From Candidatus Micrarchaeia archaeon (GTDB lineage Archaea; Micrarchaeota; Micrarchaeia; Anstonellales; Bilamarchaeaceae): a DNA stretch of 14,379 bases. The notes below the pieces were generated by a model, which was given only the letters and a program-made list of their open reading frames with translations, was not told where the DNA came from and made no database searches. The number at the start of each line of letters is the position of its first letter. Position 1 is the first letter of the stretch. The stretch lies in contig JBKHJL010000028.1 of assembly GCA_046538155.1 (NCBI GenBank), positions 1-14,379 on the forward strand, written 5' to 3'. The position numbers were made by a program, and so were the translations under genes. Shown piece by piece: positions 1 through 7,321 of this stretch.

Positions 1-459
1 CTTCTTAGGCTTACCTCCGGCAACATTGGGCTTCTTGGGTTTTGATTTCTTTTTTGCCCCCTCTGTCCCCCCAGCTTTCTTCCCCCCCTTTTCTATCGAA
101 GACAATTCTGCCCTGGCTGCCCTCCACCCCTTGCTGCGGGCAACATCCATAACTCTTTGTTTCTCTGCTTTGCTGTATTCAGCACCCCTCTTTTCCTTCA
201 TATTCATTCTGAGCTTTATCGCTTTTTCAGGGGCCCTTTCGATTAGCATCGCAAACATCTGGTTACGCACTGCAGACCTTATTTTTATTTCTGCATCCGG
301 CTGTGTTATCTGCTCGGTAGTCCTGCTGATGATTTCACGGGTAACATCTTCATTGAAATTTATCCCCCACCTGTTTTGGAACTGCTCCATTACGCTCTCC
401 ACTCTCTGTTCCTGTTCAGGAGTAATCTTTGTTGGGGCAGTCCTGCGCTTTTGAACCAT
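1..459 (-). CDS. Hypothetical charged protein, N-terminal 153 codons only (3' end lies beyond the left edge); Lys-rich low-complexity segment
   Basis: Hand-translated from ATG at 459: MVQKRRTAPTKITPEQEQRVESVMEQFQNRWGINFNEDVTREII...AKKKSKPKKPNVAGGKPKK, open to position 1. Not in the ORF track because it has no stop in the window. The + strand ORF 26..454 is its antisense shadow. Confidence 0.8.
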   Translation of the reverse strand, partial: MVQKRRTAPTKITPEQEQRVESVMEQFQNRWGINFNEDVTREIISRTTEQITQPDAEIKIRSAVRNQMFAMLIERAPEKAIKLRMNMKEKRGAEYSKAEKQRVMDVARSKGWRAARAELSSIEKGGKKAGGTEGAKKKSKPKKPNVAGGKPKK

Positions 460-481
460 GCTACAACTACTGCACTGCCCC

Positions 482-487
482 TTTTAT
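482..487. promoter_or_regulatory. Putative TATA-like box at the centre of a 52-bp divergent spacer
   Basis: TTTTAT lies 22 nt from the ATG at 459 (-) and 24 nt from the ATG at 512 (+). A similar motif occupies the same position in the paralogous spacer (2437-2443). Confidence 0.5.
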
Positions 488-511
488 GGTTTTTTGTATA
501 ATTCCCAACAG

Positions 512-988
512 ATGCCTGAGTTTGATTCAAAGGAGCCATACGTAAAGCAGCTTATACTGTATTTCCAGAATGGGAGCTACCAGAAAGCCCTTTCTCTTTC
601 AAAAGATTTTGTGAAGAAGTTCCCTAAGGATTCAATGCCGCATTTTTTTCTTGCACGTTCCGCCTTCTGGCTAAACGATTTTTCAACTGCAACGAACGAG
701 TCGCTTAAAGCGTTCAATCTTTCCGAGGGTGATGATGAGATGGCAGTCGCGGGAATTCTTCTTGCCTGTTCATATTTCCGGCTCAAGGAATACCAACAGG
801 GAAAGGAAGTACTTGCCCTGCTACGGACAAAACTTCCCCAAAAAGAAGAGCTCCAAAAGCTAAAATTCATTTTTTCCCTGGCCTTAAATGATGAGGCAGC
901 GGCAATGAGGCACCTGGAGATGCTCTACAGCATAAACAGGAAAGCCGCAAGTGAATTTATTGTGCAGTTCCTTGAAAAGTATGTCTGA
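512..988 (+). CDS. TPR-like alpha-helical protein (158 aa), paralog 1
   Basis: TPR-type pattern: YFQNGSYQKAL...FVKKFP...HFFLARSAF...A...LKAFNL...LLACSYFRLKEY. Start moved from 458 to ATG 512 because it then aligns with the paralog's start and avoids overlapping the divergent gene. Confidence 0.8.
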   Translation: MPEFDSKEPYVKQLILYFQNGSYQKALSLSKDFVKKFPKDSMPHFFLARSAFWLNDFSTATNESLKAFNLSEGDDEMAVAGILLACSYFRLKEYQQGKEVLALLRTKLPQKEELQKLKFIFSLALNDEAAAMRHLEMLYSINRKAASEFIVQFLEKYV

Positions 989-1006
989 AAGGCGCATGAC
1001 TGCTCT

Positions 1007-2413
1007 TCAAGCCCCAGTCTGCAATCTCTCGTCGTTCAGCAACTCTTCTATTGCAGCTATCTCAGCCCTGAGCGGTTCGGTGTCTTCATCTCTTTCTTCT
1101 GCAGTGGCCATCCTCTTTTCTGTTTCAGTTCTTCTTTCCAGAAGCTGGGCTCTTAGCGCTTTTTTCTCTCCAGTGGTGCCATAGTCCAGCACATCTATCT
1201 GATCAGGGCTCAGTTTCAGAACCGCAACCGGGCCTCTTTCTGGAGCCGTTTCCCCTGCTTCTCCGCTCCCCAGACCCCCCAACTCTAAATCGGGGGGGCC
1301 CTCACCGCTCATCTGGGCAAGAAGGTCACCCCCTTTTTCCTCTTCAGTTTCCTCTCCAGCGGTGGTGCTTGGTTCCACTTTTGCAGCTTCTTCTCCACCT
1401 TGTCCCCCTGCTAGCCCTCTTGACCCCCCAGCCTTACGCTCTTCTTCAGCCAACCGCCTGTATTCTTTAGCCCGTTCCAGGCTATTGTTGTGGACCTTCT
1501 GGATAGCAGTAATTGTTCTGTTCAATTCTGCAAGCACTTCCGGATTGTCCTTATATTTCTCCTTTATCTTATCTTCAACAGTAGCTATCTTTTCCAGGGA
1601 TTTCCCCGTCATTTCCGCCGCTTTTTGATTCAGCTCAGCCTGCTTCTTGTTAGATGTGGTGCCGGCCGATTCCCTTTCCAGTTTTGCATACTTCTCCCTG
1701 GAATCGTCAAGGTCAATTCCATGACTTTTAAGTGTATCCCTCACTAACTCTTTTGGATCTTGCTCTTCTGCAGCAGTTGGTTCCCGTTCTGCAATCTCTG
1801 TTTCGGGCTCCGCCGGCTGCTTGGTTCCAGCCCGGCCACCCCTCTCTTCTGCCCTGAATGCACAGAGCGCCTCCCACCCAGGCTCCACCTCCGGATGCTT
1901 TTTCAGCCAGGTTGCATATTCTCTATTATTTTCAGCTTCTTTTTCAGCTATTGCTTTCCTAGCAGTAGAGAGATCTGCTTCCGGAGCCCCTTTGGGGCTA
2001 ACACCAAGCCGAGCCAATTCCTCTCCTGCAGCTTTGCGTGCCTCGGCTTTAGCATCCTTCACCATCTTTTGCTGTTCTGGAGTGAGCTCATTAAATGGAG
2101 TAGGCTTTTCCCCAGCCTCCCCCCTTGCGATGGCTTGTTCCCACAAACCTTGTTCAGCGGGCTTGCCCGTAATAGTAACAGGTTCAAGTTCTGTTACGCC
2201 TTTGCTTTTCCATTTCTCTGCAAGGTTCTCAGCAGCTTCCCTCACATCTTCCCCTGGTTTGTTTGCATACTCTTCCACAAACTCGCTCACAAGCCTATTA
2301 ACTTCTTCATTTCCAGTAGTCTGCACACCAGCATTTTCAAGAGCATTGATTGCGATTTCCTCTACCTTTTCAGGAGCGAGTCCTTCCCTTTCCGTCATCT
2401 GTTTAGCACACAT
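1007..2413 (-). CDS. Hypothetical Glu/Lys/Ala-rich, largely helical or coiled-coil protein (468 aa; alternative start ATG 2398)
   Basis: Long ORF with a purine-rich coding strand like its neighbours. Highly charged, with no signal peptide, transmembrane segment or recognisable catalytic motif. Confidence 0.85.
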   Translation of the reverse strand: MCAKQMTEREGLAPEKVEEIAINALENAGVQTTGNEEVNRLVSEFVEEYANKPGEDVREAAENLAEKWKSKGVTELEPVTITGKPAEQGLWEQAIARGEAGEKPTPFNELTPEQQKMVKDAKAEARKAAGEELARLGVSPKGAPEADLSTARKAIAEKEAENNREYATWLKKHPEVEPGWEALCAFRAEERGGRAGTKQPAEPETEIAEREPTAAEEQDPKELVRDTLKSHGIDLDDSREKYAKLERESAGTTSNKKQAELNQKAAEMTGKSLEKIATVEDKIKEKYKDNPEVLAELNRTITAIQKVHNNSLERAKEYRRLAEEERKAGGSRGLAGGQGGEEAAKVEPSTTAGEETEEEKGGDLLAQMSGEGPPDLELGGLGSGEAGETAPERGPVAVLKLSPDQIDVLDYGTTGEKKALRAQLLERRTETEKRMATAEERDEDTEPLRAEIAAIEELLNDERLQTGA

Positions 2414-2436
2414 AATATACTTTAGATGACATCATG

Positions 2437-2443
2437 TTTTTAT
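2437..2443. promoter_or_regulatory. Putative TATA-like box at the centre of a 53-bp divergent spacer
   Basis: TTTTTAT lies 23 nt from both the ATG at 2413 (-) and the ATG at 2467 (+). Confidence 0.5.
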
Positions 2444-2466
2444 TGTTTTGTATGGAATTAACCCCC

Positions 2467-2946
2467 ATGGCCGAGTTCAGCGGAAAACCTCCCTACCTGA
2501 AGCAGATTGCACTCTATTTCCAGGAAGGGAATTACCAGAAGGCACATGACATGTCAAAAGAGTTTGTTGAAAAGCACCCGGACACGATGCTTTCCCATTT
2601 TCTCCTCGCAAAATCAGCATTCTGGACAGGGAATTTCCAGACCGCCAAAAAAGAAGCCCTGAAGGCCTTTAACCTTTCAGAAGGGCAGGACGAGCTTGCC
2701 CTCTCCGGGATACTCCTTGCCTGCACTTATTACCGCCTAAAAGAATACCAGAGGGGAATGGACCTGTTAAGATTGCTTAAATCAAAAGTGGAGACCAAAG
2801 AAAGCATAATGAAGCTCAAGTTCATATTCGCTCTTGCCCTGAATGATGAACCGGCTGCAATGCGCCACCTTGATGAACTGCATGACATAAACAAGAGGGA
2901 AGCGAGCAGGATAATGCTCAGGCTGCTTAAAGGGAAGTCCGGGTAA
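2467..2946 (+). CDS. TPR-like alpha-helical protein (159 aa), paralog 2
   Basis: Aligns without gaps to 512..988, about 91/158 identical by hand count (shared blocks LKAFNLSEG, GILLAC, RLKEYQ, KLKFIF, LALNDE, AAMRHL). Start placed at ATG 2467. Confidence 0.8.
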   Translation: MAEFSGKPPYLKQIALYFQEGNYQKAHDMSKEFVEKHPDTMLSHFLLAKSAFWTGNFQTAKKEALKAFNLSEGQDELALSGILLACTYYRLKEYQRGMDLLRLLKSKVETKESIMKLKFIFALALNDEPAAMRHLDELHDINKREASRIMLRLLKGKSG

Positions 2947-2992
2947 GCATTTTAAACTATTAGCCCTATTCTGTTTCCTGAAGGTGAATTCA

Positions 2993-3769
2993 ATGAAACT
3001 ATTGTTAGGATTAATGCTTGTTTCCATGGTTCTTCTTGCAGGCTGCCCAGGAGGCGGACCGCAGGAAGCCCCGGAACAGGCACAGGAGCCGGTGCAGGAG
3101 CAGCAGCCTGCAGGAACCCCCCAGGATGGGGGCATGGAAGCAGGTGAAGGAGAAGAGCAGCAAGAAGAAGCACCACCTGAAGAGGAGGGCGGAACCGAAA
3201 CGCAGGAGGAAAGCCCGTTTGAGAGCTGGGACATGCAGGCGATGATGGCCATGGGCCAGCCGGTCCACTGCACCGTCACTTACACTTCAGGAGGCATATC
3301 CACCACATCTGAAATGTGGATGAAGGGAGAAAACCTCAGGGTTGAGACATCTACTGTTGCAGGAGAAGACACGTATTCAGGCACAGTAGTGATGAAGGGA
3401 GATGAGGTATATACTCAGAGCACCGACTCTTATGCAGGAATGGCAGAAGAGGAGTGCGAATGGGTAAAGCTTGACAGCGCAAGGCTGGAAGCATGCATCC
3501 CTGAATCAATGTCTGAAGAGGAGTCAACATTTGAGATTAACTACGATGAAGAATACGAGGATGTTCCCAGCGAATACAACTGTGATTATGGCACTTTCGG
3601 AGACGAGAAGTTTGAGGTTACGGGAACTGTGTGCGACCTTACTGAAGATATCTGCGGCATGTATGAGATGATGGAGGGTAACACATACACGGGCGCAGAC
3701 CCAAGCATGTGCGAAGGCCTTGAGGGCGAGGATTACGCACAGTGCATGGAAGCAATAGGCCTCCAGTAA
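2993..3769 (+). CDS. Predicted lipoprotein: lipobox signal, acidic Q/E/P-rich linker, Cys-containing extracellular domain
   Basis: MKLLLGLMLVSMVLLAGC ends in lipobox LAGC. SD-like AGGTGA at 2982-2987 and TTTTAAA at about 2950-2956. Very acidic, with 8 Cys after the linker. Confidence 0.85.
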   Translation: MKLLLGLMLVSMVLLAGCPGGGPQEAPEQAQEPVQEQQPAGTPQDGGMEAGEGEEQQEEAPPEEEGGTETQEESPFESWDMQAMMAMGQPVHCTVTYTSGGISTTSEMWMKGENLRVETSTVAGEDTYSGTVVMKGDEVYTQSTDSYAGMAEEECEWVKLDSARLEACIPESMSEEESTFEINYDEEYEDVPSEYNCDYGTFGDEKFEVTGTVCDLTEDICGMYEMMEGNTYTGADPSMCEGLEGEDYAQCMEAIGLQ

Positions 3770-3784
3770 GGAAACCAATAACCC

Positions 3785-3814
3785 TTTATTTCCTTTCTTT
3801 CTTATTTTTTCTTT
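3785..3814 (+). terminator. T-rich tract: possible archaeal terminator for the lipoprotein gene, overlapping a TTTAT promoter candidate for the next gene
   Basis: Pyrimidine/oligo-T run (ttatttcctttctttcttattttttcttt) immediately after the stop at 3769 and before ATG 3815. Confidence 0.35.
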
Positions 3815-4312
3815 ATGTCTGAATTAGATAAGCTTACCCAGGACACTATTGAGGAGGGTGGAGTCCTTGCACTGCTTTATTTTGATATCCATGGAACGGA
3901 TAGGGACACCATGGTCCAGCTGGGCACAGGGCTGGTCCAGAAAATCCTGAACGAGAAGGGAGTGGTATTTGCAAGGGGGGAAATTGATGAGCCTATGGAG
4001 CAGGAGGACCTTTTTTCAACTTCACTGGAGCTCAAGATACTTACCAGGGATGTTGTTTCGTTTGCCGAGGTTTGCGGCAATTTCTCCCCGTTCTCTATGG
4101 AGATACTTGAGCCACAGGAGTTCAAGGTCCCAGTATCAAGCATGCAGGACCTGTTCATGTTCATCTCTTCCACCACCCATGATTACAAGAAATACATAGT
4201 GCAGAAGGTATCTTCTCCGGAAAAGGGTGCGGAATATGCCAAGAATCTGAAGGCGCGGGCCGAGCTTGGAAAGCGCCTGCTGGGCAGGAAGGAGGGCGAA
4301 TCCAATGAATGA
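3815..4312 (+). CDS. Hypothetical protein (165 aa), first gene of a three-gene operon
   Basis: Clean ORF with a globular alpha/beta-looking sequence. Its stop overlaps the next start (ATGAATGA, 4305-4312). Confidence 0.85.
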   Translation: MSELDKLTQDTIEEGGVLALLYFDIHGTDRDTMVQLGTGLVQKILNEKGVVFARGEIDEPMEQEDLFSTSLELKILTRDVVSFAEVCGNFSPFSMEILEPQEFKVPVSSMQDLFMFISSTTHDYKKYIVQKVSSPEKGAEYAKNLKARAELGKRLLGRKEGESNE

Positions 4313-5000
4313 CAAGTGCAAAACAGGCATAACAGGGCTTGACAAGATGCTCAGGGGAGGCCTGCCAAGCGGCTCAATAAGCACGATAAGCGGCCCCACC
4401 GGCTCGGGAAGGAGTACCCTTGCCCTCCAGTTCCTGGTGAACGGAGCAAAGAAATACGATGAAACAGGGCTATATGTGGCAATAGAGGAATCGCATGAGC
4501 AGATATACCGCAATATGAACTATTCCGGGTGGGACCTGGAAGAGCTGGAGCGCTCCAAGAAACTCCTTTTCCTTGACTACCCGCCGCATGAAGTGGACCA
4601 GTTCAGGACGCAGAACAGCGCGATAAGGGAACTGGTGGAAACTATGGGGATTACCCGGCTGGTGATTGACTCTATAATGCCCGTAGCCCTTCTTTTTCCT
4701 AATGAGGATGAGAGAAAGAGAGGTTTCCTTGAGATAGTCAACAGCATCCGCAAGTGGGGTACCACAACAATGATTGTCGCAGAAGAGCACCCCTCTTCAG
4801 GAAAAACAGGAAACCTCCCCCGCACAAACTACGAGATTGAAGCCCTTTCTGATGGCTGGATTCACCTGGATTACCGCATCGGGAAAAAAGAAGAGAGGAA
4901 AAGGGGAGTAGAGGTGCTGAAGATGAAGGGGGCAAACCCCATGATGAAGAGGTTCCCCATGGATATATCCGGCAAGGGAATTTCAGTAAAGGTGAAATAA
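4305..5000 (+). CDS. Single-domain KaiC/GvpD/RAD55-family RecA-like ATPase (231 aa) with variant Walker A
   Basis: KTGITGLDKMLRGGLP N-terminal motif, P-loop GPTGSGRS, catalytic EE (AIEES), Walker B RLVIDS, LSDGWIHL, RGVEVLKMKG. Start set at ATG 4305, preceded by GGAGG at 4291-4295. Confidence 0.92.
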   Translation: MNDKCKTGITGLDKMLRGGLPSGSISTISGPTGSGRSTLALQFLVNGAKKYDETGLYVAIEESHEQIYRNMNYSGWDLEELERSKKLLFLDYPPHEVDQFRTQNSAIRELVETMGITRLVIDSIMPVALLFPNEDERKRGFLEIVNSIRKWGTTTMIVAEEHPSSGKTGNLPRTNYEIEALSDGWIHLDYRIGKKEERKRGVEVLKMKGANPMMKRFPMDISGKGISVKVK

Positions 5001-5299
5001 TGGCATTTCGCGCACACCTGATTGCAAGCGGAAAGGTACAGGGAGTTAATTTCCGCTGGTATGTGCAGCAGACTGCAAAGGAGCTGGGGCTCACCGGTTG
5101 GGTAAAGAATCTGCAGGACGGCACAGTTGAAATAGTCTGCGAATCAGACACGGAAAAAGAATACAGGGATTTCCTGAGAAAGATTGAAAGCGGGGGCGGC
5201 GACAGGAACCTTTCAGCAATTTCCGTGGAAGATGTAAAGGTCGTGGATTTTGAAAGGGATGTTCCGAGAAAACACGATTATTTCAATATTGAGTATTGA
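5000..5299 (+). CDS. acyP: Acylphosphatase
   Basis: Signature motifs SGKVQGVNFR and GWVKNLQDGTVE; 99 aa; AGGTGA SD at 4990-4995; TAATG stop/start overlap. Confidence 0.95.
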   Translation: MAFRAHLIASGKVQGVNFRWYVQQTAKELGLTGWVKNLQDGTVEIVCESDTEKEYRDFLRKIESGGGDRNLSAISVEDVKVVDFERDVPRKHDYFNIEY

Positions 5300-6418
5300 T
5301 TACTGCGCACACACCTTCTCTTTTTTGAAGAACTCAAAAACAAGCGAATAGGCGAAAACAATTGCCCCCAATACCAGCAGGACCGAATTAAGGCTGCCCA
5401 GAGCCAGGTATGCAGCCATGGAAACAAGCCCTGCAGCGAACCTCCCCGAGCTCAGAAAAATTTCCCTGCCGAGCATTGTATGGGCAAGATTCCTTTCCCT
5501 GTCAACAAGCACGGCGAGGGGGAAGGGAAAAAACAGGGTTTTGAAGAAGCTTATTCCCACCATTCCCCAGAACCACCATTCAATTGTTCCTGCGAAGGAA
5601 AAGATTACCAGGACAATTCCAAGTCCCGCGGAAAAAACCACAATAAACTCCCGCCTCTTCTTTTGCTTATCTGACATCCTGGCAAAAAGGAAGGAAAGCA
5701 CAACTGCAAGGAAGGCGGTAACCGAGATGAATGAGCCAAAGTCAGCCGGGAGGGAAAAATATTCAAGGGTGATTATCAGCACCACAACCGTTACGCTGAA
5801 CCAGGCAAATCCCTCAAGGAAGAAAAGTGTCCTGAATCCTGAAACAGCGGAGACTGCCTGGGAAAGGTTTCCCTTCAGTATGTTTCCGGACCCCAGGGTG
5901 CGGGAGAAACCCATCCCCAGCACCATCACGAAGGCGGCCGCGGCAAACAGTGCAACAAATCCCCACCCGCCGGTTATGAAACCTGCAGCCGCGGGGACCG
6001 CAACTCCGATAAATACCGGAATTGCATAGTATATTGCACCCCGGAATGCATTTTCCATGGATTTTTTCCTGAACCACAATACATTCAGGGGGTACCAAAA
6101 GAGGACCATGCCTACACCGGAAAGCAGGAAATAGGCGAGTATCGGGACAAGCCCCCGGCCTGCGGAAAGGAGGAAAAGCGAAGCAGCCATGATGGTCATG
6201 CCTGCAAATATTGAGAATGAATTGTGGACTCTTCCGTAAAGGGCAATCAGAATGAGGGGGAAAAGGAATGCACCAAACCCGAAGGTTGCGAGTCCCAGCA
6301 TCCCAAGTTCAGAAAAGCCCTCTTCCTGCAGGTAAGGATAGAGCATCGTCCCAAGCAGGGTTACCCCTATGCTCCAGGTGAAGAAGACTCCGAGGACCCC
6401 GTTGCTATTGTTTCCCAT
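5300..6418 (-). CDS. MFS-type membrane transporter (372 aa)
   Basis: About 12 hydrophobic segments and an MFS motif-A-like loop (FARMSDKQKKRREF). Its stop directly abuts the acyP stop. Confidence 0.8.
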   Translation of the reverse strand: MGNNSNGVLGVFFTWSIGVTLLGTMLYPYLQEEGFSELGMLGLATFGFGAFLFPLILIALYGRVHNSFSIFAGMTIMAASLFLLSAGRGLVPILAYFLLSGVGMVLFWYPLNVLWFRKKSMENAFRGAIYYAIPVFIGVAVPAAAGFITGGWGFVALFAAAAFVMVLGMGFSRTLGSGNILKGNLSQAVSAVSGFRTLFFLEGFAWFSVTVVVLIITLEYFSLPADFGSFISVTAFLAVVLSFLFARMSDKQKKRREFIVVFSAGLGIVLVIFSFAGTIEWWFWGMVGISFFKTLFFPFPLAVLVDRERNLAHTMLGREIFLSSGRFAAGLVSMAAYLALGSLNSVLLVLGAIVFAYSLVFEFFKKEKVCAQ

Positions 6419-6442
6419 TTGCCCAGTTAGGGGAGGGTTAGG

Positions 6443-6448
6443 TTTATA
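6443..6448. promoter_or_regulatory. Putative bidirectional TATA box (TTTATA / TATAAA)
   Basis: Centred in the 54-bp spacer, with 24 nt to ATG 6418 (-) and 24 nt to ATG 6473 (+). Confidence 0.6.
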
Positions 6449-6472
6449 TTACTATTAAGCAAAGTATCCTGC

Positions 6473-7270
6473 ATGAGATGGCTTCTATGTTTTGCCCTGC
6501 TTGGGAGCCTGGTGTTTCCAATCCAGATGGTTGAGCCCCTGCTTACTGAAGTTTCCCCTGACGAAACCATAGAACTTGGAACTATGGGCCCGGGGCAAAC
6601 AGTAGAACTACAGCTACACCCAAAGGTTTATGAGGGAGGAATGCACGGGATAGGGGGGAATTTTGACCGGGCCTATGCAATAGACCTCCCCGCAGGCTGG
6701 TCCTCCAGACCAAGCAAGCTTTATGGGGACCCACTCCAGGTAAAGATAACCGCGGACCCTTATACTGAAGAGGGAATCTACACGATACCTGTTATTGTTG
6801 AGGATGAGGGAAACGGGGAGAACCTGGACACGATAAGATTTTACGTGAGAGTTAAGGTAAGCGAGGATGTAATGAATTTTTCTGTTTATCCTCTTGAGAA
6901 GTCTATAGGGATAGGACAGCCTGCCAGGTTTGACATAACCGTGAACAACAGGGGCAACGCAGGAGATACTTTCAGGATAAGTGCTGAAGGGGTTTCCAAA
7001 TGGGAGTTCACAAAAATGGTGTATATACCCCCAAAGAGCAGCAAGGTAATAAGCTATGAAGTTGCCGGATTTGAAGAAGAAACCTATACCACAAAAATAA
7101 TCGTGGAATCATCGGCTTCTGAAAGGGTTCATTCCGAGCAGCAGATTTCCCTTGATGTGTACCCCGACCTTCTTTCGGATTACAAGGCAGTGAACAATGG
7201 CGCACTGCTTTTTCCGGTGATTGAAGCCCCGGTTTATGCAATAATCGGGCTCCTTTCCAATTTCTGGTAG
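6473..7270 (+). CDS. Secreted or surface protein with two probable Ig-like beta-sandwich domains (CARDB/COG1470-like)
   Basis: N-terminal signal peptide MRWLLCFALLGSLVF. Motifs DLPAGW, EGIYTIPVIVED and FDITVNNRGNAGDTFRISAEG are typical of archaeal Ig-like repeats. Hydrophobic C-terminus. Confidence 0.7.
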   Translation: MRWLLCFALLGSLVFPIQMVEPLLTEVSPDETIELGTMGPGQTVELQLHPKVYEGGMHGIGGNFDRAYAIDLPAGWSSRPSKLYGDPLQVKITADPYTEEGIYTIPVIVEDEGNGENLDTIRFYVRVKVSEDVMNFSVYPLEKSIGIGQPARFDITVNNRGNAGDTFRISAEGVSKWEFTKMVYIPPKSSKVISYEVAGFEEETYTTKIIVESSASERVHSEQQISLDVYPDLLSDYKAVNNGALLFPVIEAPVYAIIGLLSNFW

Positions 7271-7289
7271 GTTTCAGGTGTCCGCAACC

Positions 7290-7296
7290 TATATAA
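7290..7296 (+). promoter_or_regulatory. TATA box upstream of elp3
   Basis: TATATAA 25 nt before ATG 7322, with no SD; consistent with a leaderless transcript. Confidence 0.55.
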
Positions 7297-7321
7297 CCTG
7301 AACCAGTAGAAAAAAATACCC

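Noticed and set aside
26..454. 142-aa + strand hydrophobic ORF
   Set aside because: Antisense shadow of the minus-strand gene 1..459; its F/S/L richness mirrors K/E/R codons on the real strand.
1362..2429. Several + strand ORFs of 85-221 aa
   Set aside because: All lie antisense within the 468-aa gene and have S/F/L/C-rich shadow composition with no motifs.
4305..5000. Circadian clock (kaiABC) interpretation
   Set aside because: Single-domain protein with no kaiA or kaiB nearby; such proteins are widespread in archaea without clock evidence.
5418..6029. 203-aa + strand ORF
   Set aside because: Antisense to the MFS transporter; no independent coding signal.
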